DNA from: Parvularia atlantis
Lineage: Eukaryota
Direction of reading: 5' to 3'
Assembly: GCA_943704415.1 (NCBI GenBank)
Contig: CALSCO010001536.1
Location: 1 to 36,877 of the forward strand
Length of the DNA: 36,877 nucleotides
Positions 10,715-21,403 of the stretch are shown in pieces; the stretch's first letter is position 1; every line of letters begins with the position of its first letter. Both the position numbers and the translations under genes were made by a program. The notes below the pieces were generated by a model, which saw only the letters and a program-made list of their open reading frames with translations, was not told the DNA's origin and did no database searches.

Positions 10715-11934
10715 GGGCGCCGGGCGATCACGCGAGGCGCAGGCCGACGCGTGCTTCGTGGCGGACGAGGCGGCCGACTGCCGCGCGTGCACGCAGCCGT
10801 GCGAGGACCACGCGCGCCTGCCCGACTACCTCAAGATCGCCTGGAGCGAGCCGCAGGAGGTGCGCGCGTCCGCGGCGTGCGCGGCACCGCACCGACATCG
10901 CCGGCCGTAGGGCTCGTTTGGCAAGCCGTACGGCAAGCACCTGGTGGTGTGCAGCCACACGCACGACTGGCCCGCGCGCATCCTCGATGCGCCGGACTCG
11001 TTCGCGCACCGGCTCAACCACGAGGTCAACGACGTCCTCGGCAAGCAGCTGCCGTGGCGGGTACGGCGTGTGTGCGGCCGCCCGAGCCGCCGCTCGCTCG
11101 CTCGCTGACCCGCTGCGCCGGGCACAGGTCGTCGTCACGGCGTCCGACGAGGCGTCGCTGCCGGTCGAGCTCGTCGGCGGTGCGATCAAGGACCCGACCG
11201 AGGACTACTACGACGTCTACGTCTTCCCGGACATGCTGCGCGTGCGGTCGGTGTCGGACAGCCGCGCGGTGCAGGTGGCGCGGCTGCTGCTGGGCGAGCC
11301 GCCGCGGGACCTGCTGGTGGAGCCGGTCGAGTTCAAGGTGCGGCGCGCCTGCGGCTGCTGCGCCCCGCGCGGGCTGAGAGTGGCGCGCGCGCACAAAGTG
11401 GTACGTCGCCGTGTGCACACACGGCACGCGCGACAAGCGCTGCGGCGTCGCCGGCCCGATGATCGTGGACGAGTTTCACAACCAGCTGGACAAGTACGGG
11501 CTGCAGGATAGCGTGCGTGTGGCCGGGTCGAGCCACATCGGCGGGCACAAGTTTGCCGGTGCGGCGCCGGCGGAGGCGGTGCTGACGCGGCGGGTCTGAC
11601 GCGCGCGCGCAGGGACGTGCATCATCTACCCGGACGGCGACTGGTTCGGCAAGCTGACGCCGTGCGACGTGCAGAACGTGGTTGAGCAGGCGTGACGGCC
11701 GGCGCGCGCATGCACGCTGGCTGGGCTGACGCGACCGCGTCCGCGCAGTACCACCAGCACGGGCGCGTCATCCGCAGCCGGTGGCGCGGGCGGCCGCCGG
11801 TCGTGCAAGGGTTCCCGGACGGGCGCGAGCTGCACCGGCGCGACGCGGCGCAGCAGGCGAGTCACCGCACGCATGCACACGACGACGAGGTTGCGCAGGC
11901 CGCCTCAAGCGCGTCATCCGTACAACTCACTTAA
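10713..11934 (+). CDS. Sucrase/ferredoxin-like protein (Apd1/Aim32 family, 2Fe-2S thioredoxin-like ferredoxin)
   Basis: VCTHGTRDKRCGVAGP and SSHIGGHKFAG..IIYPDGDWFGKLTP..V..WRGR motifs; N-terminal CxxCxxPC. Confidence 0.88.
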
Positions 11935-12059
11935 TTGTTCGTTGTGTACAGCATCAGCCAACGCTCGCATGCATGACGAGCCTGCGCCGGGAGGTGGCCT
12001 GTCGACACCGACCCACTTTCCGCACTTTCCGCCAACCCCAAGCGACTTCCCGCGAGAAA

Positions 12060-12232
12060 ATGAAGGTCCTCGCCACCCTCCTCGTCGCGGCCCTGCTCGT
12101 CGCCGTCGCCGCCGCCACAGAGACGCGCCGCCTGGCCGTCGCCAAGAACGGTGACATCGTCCCCAACAGGTGCGTCCACGCGGGCGCGGCGCTTTGCCGC
12201 CTCGCCGCCGACACGTGGCGCACGCGGCGCCT

Positions 12233-12285
<53 letters not shown>

Positions 12286-13476
12286 CGCTCGCTCGCTCGC
12301 TCTCGCTGTTTGCGGCCAACGGCGTCCGCTCGCCCATATTTTTTTTCGCACTGTCTTGTCTGCCGTGCGCGTGGTGTATGTGCGACTGACCCAGCCCTCT
12401 CCTCGCGCAGCTGGAACCTGCTCTTCCGCAAGGACGTCGACCTCGAGCGCGCCAAGGCCTTCGCCGAGGCCATCGGCGCCCGCAAGTTCGTCGCCCTCGA
12501 CCGCTTCAAGTTCGCGTCGCTCGTGGCCAAGGAGTCGGTGATCGAGCGCCTGGCCGAGCGCGTGGACCTGTTCGAGGCCATCGAACAGGACCAGGTCGTG
12601 AGCATCAGCGTCGCCAAGACCAACAGCACCGTCGACGGCCGCCAGACGGGCGCAACGTGGGGCCTGGACCGCATCGACCAGCGCAACCTCCCACTCGACC
12701 AAACCTACAACTACCTCGACTCGGCCGGCTTGGGCGTGACGGTCTACGTGATCGACACGGGCGTGCTCGCGACGCACAACGACTTTGGCGGGCGCGCGAG
12801 CCTCGGCCCCAATTTCCACGACTCGAGCGCCGACTCGACCGACGACAACGGTCACGGCACGCACTGCTCGGGCACGATCGGCGGCACGACCTGGGGTGTG
12901 GCCAAGCGCGCGTCGATCGTCGGTGTCAAGGTGCTCGGCCGCCTCGGCTCGGGCTCGCTCTCGAACGTGGCCAACGGCGTGACCTGGGCTGCTGAGGACG
13001 CCCGCGGCAAGCGCGCCGTCGCCTCAATGTCGCTCGGCAGCTCGACTTCAAGCGTGCTCGACCGCGCCGTCGAGTCGGCCATCGCCGCCGGCCTCACGGT
13101 CATCGCCGCGTCGGGCAACAGCAACGCCGACGGCTGCAACTTCTCGCCCGCCCGCGCCGCCTCGGTCTCGGTCAACGCAGCCGACTCGAACGACCGCCGC
13201 GCCTCGTTCTCCAACTTTGGCACGTGCACCGACATCTTCGCCCCCGGTGTCGACATCACCTCGGCCTGGATCGGCTCAAGCAGCGCCACGAGCACCATCT
13301 CGGGCACGTCGATGGCCTGCCCGCACGTCGCCGGCGCCGCCGCCATCCTCCTCGGCTCGGGCTCGTACGCCACGCCGGCCGCGCTCACCCAGGCCATCCT
13401 CAACGCGGCCACGACGGGCGTGATCACCAACCCCGGCTCGGGCTCGCCGGACCGCAACTTGTACTCGGCCTACTAA
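12060..13476 (+). CDS. Secreted subtilisin-like serine protease (S8A, proteinase K/aqualysin type); single intron 12170-12410
   Basis: Signal peptide MKVLATLLVAALLVAVAAA and a propeptide, then WGLDRIDQR, catalytic D (VIDTG), H (GHGTH), oxyanion N (ASGN) and S (GTSMACPHVAG). Confidence 0.95.
12234..12282. repeat. (CT)n microsatellite in the subtilase intron, followed by (CGCT)n
   Basis: Directly visible. Confidence 0.95.
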
Positions 13477-13549
13477 GCGGGCGCCGGTGTGCCTCTGTGT
13501 GTGATCCCGTACGTTTGAGAGAGAAAGGAAGACGTGCGAAGCTGGTCGG

Positions 13550-13572
13550 GGAGAGAGAGAGAGAGAGAGAGA
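13550..13572. repeat. (GA)n microsatellite
   Basis: Directly visible. Confidence 0.9.
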
Positions 13573-13709
13573 TAGCACTCGAGGGGCACCGCTGCATTTG
13601 TGTTTGACCTCGCGCTCGCGGCTCGTCGCGGCCACTGACGCGCGCACGGCCGCACGGCACACCGCGCACGCACGCAGACCGGCCCGCACGAACCGCCGCG
13701 CACGACGCT

Positions 13710-14217
13710 ATGCCCACGCCCGTGCAGGCCGACTGGGAGACGCGCGAGCTCGCCGACACGCTCACGCAGGGCATCCAGAAGATCGCCGAGTTCCTCAACC
13801 GCTTTGGTGCGTGTGCGCGCGCGCGTGTGCCGTGCCGCGCGCGGTAGGGGTGTGTGGCGTGTGTGGCGTGGGTGGGCGCGGACGGCACTGGAGGCGCAGG
13901 TGGCACTGGTGGCGCAGGTGGTGGTGCACGGCGCGCATTTGTGTTGACATTCGCGTCCTGCCGTCGTCCTTGCCGCCTCCTTCTCCGCACGTCGCGCACA
14001 AACACATCCGCGCACATTGCTCACATCCGCGCACGCCGTGCAGACACGCACGTGAGGCACCAGCTCGCCATCGTTGACGACAAGCTCAACCTGCTCGAGC
14101 GGAAAACGGCGCTGCTGGAGGCGCAGGTGCGCGCCGCCCCCGCCTGCCGCCTCTCGCCATCCGTTGTACCCACTCACACGCGCCGCCGCCGCCGCGCAGC
14201 TCAAGACCGTGACGTGA
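13710..14217 (+). CDS. BRK1: BRICK1/HSPC300 subunit of the SCAR/WAVE complex, 3 exons
   Basis: Spliced: MPTPVQADWETRELADTLTQGIQKIAEFLNRFDTHVRHQLAIVDDKLNLLERKTALLEAQLKTVT*. Matches the BRK1 pattern QxDWxxRE..I.KI..FLNxF...R..L....KL..LER....LEA. Confidence 0.9.
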
Positions 14218-14612
14218 CGTCGCTTGTTGTATGGTTGATGACGGATCGGTCTGGCTGGCCACTTTCGGCGCTCCCGCGAACCGCGCCACCGTGCTCGTCC
14301 TCGCTGCCGTACCCGCGCCCTGCGCGTCTCCCGCGGGCGCGCGCGGGCGCACTCCCGCCCACCGCCAGCACGCCGCCGCCGCCACGCGCGTGGCCCGCGC
14401 GTGGCACCTGCTCGCTTTCCCAGGCGCTGCCACGTGAAAAGCACGCCACGGGGCTCGCCTCCCTCGAGCACGCGCGCTGGCAGATTCGCGCTGTCCCACC
14501 GTCCCGCTGTCTCGCTGTCTCGTTCGTCCTGCAGCGCGCACAGTGCCCGCGAGCGCCAAAGGGGGGGGCGCCCGGTCATGCTGATTCGGCGCGGCGGGCG
14601 CAGACGCTGGCC

Positions 14613-15695
14613 ATGCCGCCCTTCGACCTCGGGAGCTCGCCCACGCCGCCGGCCGCCGCGCAGCACCTCGACCCGGCCGTGTCGACCGCGGCGGCGGCCA
14701 TGGCGAGCCTGCACCAGCCGCACGCGCGGCTGCTCGCGCCCGCGCCCGTCAAGCTCGCGCCCGCGCCGGCCAACGGCGCCGTCGTGAGCGTGCTGCCGGA
14801 CGTGCAGGGTGCGCCCGTCCGGCACCATGTGTGCTCGTCGTGCTCACACCGGAGCGGCCCAAGCCACGCCCTTCCGCCTCATCAAGCGCGAGCCGCGCGC
14901 GCACCTCACGCCCGACGCCGTGCTCAAGAACCGCCGCGAGAACCACCGCGCGGTGCGTTCGAGCCACGCTCAATAGTACATGCTGACGACGCCCGCCGCA
15001 GGTCGAGCGCCGACGACGCAACCACATCAACGTCGGCATCGAGGAGCTCGCGCGGGTCGTGCCCGGGTGCCAGCGCAGCAAGGGCAAAATTCTCAACCGG
15101 GTGCGCGCCGCGCGCGTCACGGCCGGGCAAGGAGCGCGCATCTGATATCGCAGCGCGCGCGCGCGCCAAGACGAACGAGTACATGCGCCACCTTATCAGC
15201 GTCGACCAGAAGCGCTCGCGGCACGAATTGCGCCTGCAGTTTTTGCACAACGCCGTCGTCGGGCACCTGCGCTCGCTCATCGTCAACCTGCTAGACGAGT
15301 GGGCCAAGGCGCAGGGTATGTATGCATGTCGCGCCCGCTCGCGTGCTCAGCCGATATTGCAGGCCGTCGGGCCCCGACCGAGGACGAGATCGCGGCGTAC
15401 TGCGCCTTCATGCCACCGCCGTTCCCGTCCGAGCTTGACGAGGCCAATGACCCCGTTCTGATCCCCTTTGCCGACGCGCAGACGTCCACGTCGTCGGCGT
15501 ACGTGCGGCGCGTGAGCGCTGCAACCGGCTCACGGGTGCCACGCGCGCAGGCCTCCGTCGCCATCGCAGGAGCACGGGTCCAGCGATGACACGCCGCCGT
15601 GCGAGGACTGGGACAGCGTCCACGCCGAGGCCGTGAGCCTGCTACAGCTCCGTCACAGCCTGCCTGTCAGCGGCCACGTGCCCGGGCCGCAGTAG
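14613..15695 (+). CDS. bHLH transcription factor, Cbf1/USF-like (E-box class B)
   Basis: Spliced basic/HLH region RRENHRAVERRRRNHINVGIEELARVVPGCQRSKGKILNRTNEYMRHL, with the H-x3-E-x3-R DNA-contact pattern. The start and C-terminal exons are less certain. Confidence 0.8.
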
Positions 15696-15782
15696 CGTGC
15701 ACGCTCGCTTTTTCGTTTGCCTCAACCTCTTCTTTGTGTTTGCTTGCCCTTGCGTGAATGTGCACACATGCAGTCGCCCTCG

Positions 15783-18700
15783 TCACATGCGCTGGTCCGT
15801 CTCAAAGACCGAGATGATCGAGTCGGTCGAGCCGGCCGCGAGCAGCATGCGGTGCGGGTGGAACGCCAGCGCCGAGATCGGCCCGATGCGCTGGACAAAT
15901 GCCGTCAGCGCGAAGCCTGGGCGCCCCGCACACGACGGCGCACCTGACCCAGGAACCCGTCGTGGTAGCGGATCGTCGACAGGATCATCCCGTCCATGTT
16001 GAACACCTTGACGTACTGGTTGTGCGAGCCGCTGGCGACGACGGGCGCGTAGTTGTGCACGACCATCGCGCTCATCCCGCCCGTGTGCGCCTCGATCGTC
16101 TGCACGCACGCGCGTGCGTGCTCAGCACCGCAACCCACGACGCAGCAGCAGTCATGGCAGCACCTTGACCGATTGCCCCAGCCGCAGGTCCCAGATGCGC
16201 ACGTCGCCCGCGACGCTGCCCGTGATCAACGGGCCGTCGCCAAGCCAGTGCAGCATCGCGTTAACCACCCAGCCCCGGTGCTCGTTCATTGACCGGACCA
16301 TGCTGCCGCACCGCCTCGTCAGCACGCCACGCCAGCAGCGAGCGCGCCACCGCACCAGTCTCGCGTCGCCTCGCGCCGGTCGTAGACACGGATCGCGCCG
16401 TCGCCGCATCCAGCCACGATGATGTCGCCACGCACCTTGTCGCTCGTCAGCACGGTCACGCAGCTGTCGGAGAACGTGGGGATGTCCTGCGCGCCACGGC
16501 CGCGCCACCGGCCGCCGTGAGCGCTCGCTCTGCGGCTGCGACCCCGCGCACCTGGATGCACATCTCGCGCTCCACGTCCCACACGCGCAGCACGCGCACG
16601 TCGCCTGACACAAACAGGCTGCCGCGCCGCTGCTGCCACTCGGTCACCAGGCCCGAGCCTGCGCCGCGCGCCCCGTGAGCCGATCATGCGTGCCACTTCG
16701 CTCACGAGTACTGCACCGCGCGTGTTGAGCGGCAAGTCGTTCAGCGCACGCCATGACGAGACCAGCTCTGTCCGGCGCCCGTCGTCGTAGTCGCGCCAGA
16801 AGCGCACCACACCGTCGTCCGAGCCCGTCAGCAGCAGCGGGTCCTGCTCCTCGTTGATGAACCTGGCACCGACAGCGTCAGCATGGCCCGCCCGCCCGTC
16901 TCGCGCGCACCGCATCGTCGTTAGCCGCGCCGCCGACGCCGGGCTCTGGTTGGCAAACGAGTTGATCTTCGTGCCCGTGTTCAGGTCCCACACGCTAATC
17001 CCGTCCTTGCCGTCGCCGACCACGAGCCGCGGCTCGTATGGGTAGAACTGCAGCATCGACACCACCTCGGACTCGTTGTCGAGGATGTGCACCTGCCCCA
17101 TGAGCGCACATCAGCCGCGCGCCCCGTCACACACGCGCCAGCGCACCTGTTCGTCCAGTTTGTGCGTCGCCGCGATCGTCTGCATCGCCCGCGCCTCGTT
17201 GATCACGCGCAGGTTACGCTTGAGCCGCCACTCGCGCTGCACGGGCACCTCGCGCTCAATCACCTGCCGCGCGGGATCAGCGGCGGTCGCGCCGGCCACC
17301 CCCATGCGCACCGCCGGCGGCTTGGTGAACTGCTCTGCCGCCCAGTCGTAGAACGACGACGTCAGCGGCAGCGTGGACGGCACGGCCGACGCCGTCGACG
17401 GCCTCGGGCTGCGCTGGCCATCGCTCGTTGACTGGGACCGCGCGCCGAGTGTCAGCTGCAGTACAGCGAGCACCGAAGCCAGCGCACCAGCCGCGGCGAC
17501 AGCAGCTTCTGCGAGCTTGCCGTGCGCACCACCTGGCTCGGGCGTGCGGCGAAGTTGCTGCGCGGCCGCGGGGCGTCAGAAGCGCTCCACTCCGAGGCAA
17601 AGCAGCACACGCACGTCGTGGGAGGGATCACCGCGGCGTAGATCGCGTCCACCACGGCCTGCGCGGCCTCGGCCACCTCCGGGTGTGGGTCCACCGACAG
17701 GTTCAAGAGCACCTTCCAGATGCACTGGTAGACGGACATGTGCGTCGAGATGCCGACGGGCACGGGTGCCGACGCGGGCCCCCCGAGGCTGCCTAGCCCG
17801 GCCCCGCCGCCGTGCAGGCTGTCCATCGACGCCACGCGCTTCCCGGCCGCGGGCGACGCCGTGTCGCCGTTCATGCCGCCGCCGCCCGCGACGCCCAGCG
17901 CGCCTCCCGACGACGAGGACGACGTGCGCCGCATGTCCTCCTCGAGATGTTGAGTCGCCGTGTAGCGGTACTCGGCCTCGTTCTGCTGCACGATGCTCGA
18001 CAGGGCGATCACGAGCTCGCGGCGCACGAGCGGCGAGGCGTCCGCCGTGACCATGACGAGCGAGATGCCAATGCTGTTCTCGATGTTGATGTACTGGTCC
18101 TTGCGCTCGACGTCGCCCACGAGGCGCCCGAGCGCGTACACGGCCGACGCGCGCACGAGCGGCGATGGGTCGGCCAACAGCTCCTGCAGGTGCTCGTGGG
18201 CGCGCTCTCTGCCGGCGCGCGGGCGTGAGCGCCCCGCTGTCCACGACTGTTCGCCGGAGCACACGCACCGGATCGCCCCGACCTTGGCGTCTGCGTACCC
18301 GGCCCACATCTCCGCCAGCAGCAAGCACAGCCACTGGCGCAGCTGCGGGTCGGCGTCGCCCAGCTGCGCGAGGCAATGCGTCGTGATGCCGGCCTTGAGG
18401 CAGCTCTGCCGACGGTGGGCCGTGAGCCACTCGAGCGCGCGCTACAGCGCCGCCGCACCGTCTGGCCGTTGCGGTGATCGCGGCAGATCATCGCGAGCAC
18501 AAACGCCGCCCGGATGCGGTCCTCGACCGGCACGGACGTGTTCCACAAGACCATGACAAAGTACTTGTATCCGCTGTCGCGCACGAGCTCGACCTGGCAC
18601 GAGCTGGGTGCCAGACGCACACGAGTGAGCGTAGCAGGTCACGCCGCGTGCGCGCACAGACACACCGGTCCACGGCCATAATGCGCGCCCAGATGTGCAC

Positions 18701-21359
18701 GAGGCCGCTGCGCTGCTCCACCGCGGGTGACTGCAGCAGTTTGAGCACGTACGGGAAGATGCCGACCGAGAGCGCCAGGTTGGCAGCCCACGCGCCCAGA
18801 TCCTGGGCCCCCGACGCACCCCGTCAGCACGCGCGAGCGACGGCGTCGTTCGTTGCGCACGAGAAACTGCGCCAGCAGCCGCAGCGCGCGCAGCCGGTGC
18901 GCCTGGCTGAGCAGCACCTGCAGCACAATGGGCAGCTGCTCGGGTTGCTGCCGGCCACGAGGGTCGTCAGCCATTGCGGGCGAGGCCGCAATGCGCGCAC
19001 CTGCTTCCGCTCGTGCCCGTGCTCCAGCCAGACCTCGAACGCGGTCAGCTGCTCCGCAAAGAACGTGCTCGGCACGTACTGGTGCGTCCTGCACAGCGCG
19101 GCCAGCGTCAGCGCATCACGCGCTGGCCTAGGCGGCCCGCACCCGGCAAGCATGCGCGGCAGCTGGCCCAGGCACACGTCAATTGCCAGATCCCACATCT
19201 TCCACATTGGGTGCTGGTACGTCGGCGGGAGCTGACAAGCAGTCTGAATGCACGGGCGCACGGTCGGCAGGCGCGCGCGCACCTTGGGCGACGACAGCGG
19301 CGTGCAGTTGTACGAGCGCATGATGCGCTCGGCGAGTAGGAAGTTGCGGAATAGCGACGCGACCAGCAGGTCCTGGCGGAACAGCTGCGCGGCAGGCACA
19401 GGCACAGGGCGTGAGCACACGTGGTGCGGCACGGCCCTCGCCTCCGTGAGCGCGACCTTCTGGAACAGGTCGCGCGGGAGCACGTTCCACGCGATCGTGT
19501 CGGTGATTGCGGTGAAGATCCAGTTGAGCTCGCCCAGGGGCGTGCGGCGGTCGTTGAGCCGGCCTGCGAGGAGGGAGGGCGTGTCGGCACGCGCACTGCG
19601 ATGACGCAGACCACGCGGGAGCGAGCGCGCACCAGGGATCTTGTCGACGACGTCGAGCGAGAGGTTGCTCAGGATCGAGTTGTGCAGCACGAACCAGCGC
19701 AGGGCAATCTCGATCGGCGTTGTGAGACACGACGTAAACAGGTCGGCAGGCAGGTCCGGGTTCATCGGGAGGATCTGTCACACGCGCGCACGCACACGCG
19801 GCGTGAGCCTCGCCATGGTCTGAGCGCAGGTGAGGCACCTCGTTGGCGCCGCACGCCGCCAGCTGGATCGAGTCGCGCACGGGGAGCACCTGCTGGTTGG
19901 TCGAGCTCTGCCCGCGCGCGTCAGCCCATCCTGCACGACGACTGTAGCGCGCGACAGGCAACGCAACGGGATTGCTCGCCTGCAGCCGCTCGTACTCCTT
20001 CTCGCGCTGCTCGGCAAACTGGTGAAACGAGTGCACAATGTGGCCCGCGCCCGAGCAGTCGTATACGTAGATCGAGGGCGAGGCCATCCACGTCTGTGGC
20101 GACGGCGGTGGCCGCGGCGTCGGCACTGCAAGCGGGGCGGTGTCGCGCGGGACGCGCACCTGCAGGTCGTAGACCGACAGCGGGATATACTGTGTGAAGC
20201 TCTTGTTGAACACCCAGATCTCGCCGTTGGGCGTCGGTCGCGGCACGCCGTGCCCGTTGTAGTGGAACAGGATGCGCTCGTCGTTGGCGCCGCGGCGCAT
20301 CGTCACGCAGTACTTCTTGATGTCCTGTGTGCGCGTTTGCACCGCGTCACGCCATGCGCCGCGGCAGAGCAGGCGCGGGCGCGGGGGCGCACGTCGAGCG
20401 TCGGGTCGGTCGCCGCCTTGCACGAAACGCGCGGGCGCCAGCGCTCGTACTGCTTCTCGAGCGCGCTCGCGATGGCCTCGACCGCTGACCCAACGGTCAG
20501 ACGCGCGCGCAAGACAACGGCGTGGCCGCGCACGCGCACCCTTCTGCGCCGGCATCGAGAACGGGTCAATCCAGCACTCGAGCTTGGCGCACGGCTTGGT
20601 CTTGATGACGTCGGGCGGGTCCACGCCGATGTTGAGGCAGATGGCCATGATGATGCGGCCGGTCTTCATGCGGTCCTGGTGGCGCGGCGTGTGAGAGGCG
20701 CCGCGCGCGCGCCGCATGCCCGTGCACCTTGACGCGCCACTTCTCGATCTGCCCGAGCCACGAGAACGTGGGCTTGGCGACGTTTTCGTGGCACGTCTGC
20801 GCCAGGTACGGCCGGCCGGTGTCGATCCAGTACGTGCCGCCGAGCGCGGTCATGAGCGAGTCGTCCTCGCTGTGGCGCGGCGCGGCATCAGCACCCAGTG
20901 CCCTTGCGCGCGGTGCACGGCGTGGCGCACGCACCGCCCGCCCTCGCTCGCCGCGCTCGACACGGCCGCGCGCAGCCGCGACGGTGACGGCGCGCGCTCG
21001 AGCACCGGCGCGACCATGTCGATCGCCGCCGCGGGCTCGGCACGCGCTGCCAGCCCCGCGAGCCCGCTCGACTGCCCATGGTGGTGGTGGTGCTGCTGGT
21101 GGTGCGCCGCGCCGTGGCCCGCCCCGCCCGCCGGGCGCGCCGTCCGCCCGCGCGGTGTCGGGCGGTCATCGCCGTCGTCGTCGTCGTCGGCCGCGCCGCG
21201 GGCGCTGCGCCGGGCCGCGGGCGGCGCCACCGCTGTGCGCACCGGGGCCACGACGAGGTCGTCGTCCGGGTCGACCTCCTGTGTGCGGGCAGGGCGCGCC
21301 GCGGGCGTGAGCGCGACGGCCGCCGCGAGCGACGTGCGATGCGACCACACCTCGGCCAT
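15783..21359 (-). CDS. RPTOR: Raptor/Kog1 (TORC1 subunit), about 30 introns
   Basis: RNC domain [123 protein letters not shown] repeats and C-terminal WD40s ending in [14 protein letters not shown]. Confidence 0.95.
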
Positions 21360-21403
21360 ACTGGCTGTGCGCGCGAGACGACTGCGTACAACACAAACCA
21401 GCA

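Noticed and set aside
14430..14437. CACGTG E-box upstream of the bHLH gene (possible autoregulation)
   Set aside because: CACGTG occurs many times in this GC-rich window, so one copy is not informative.
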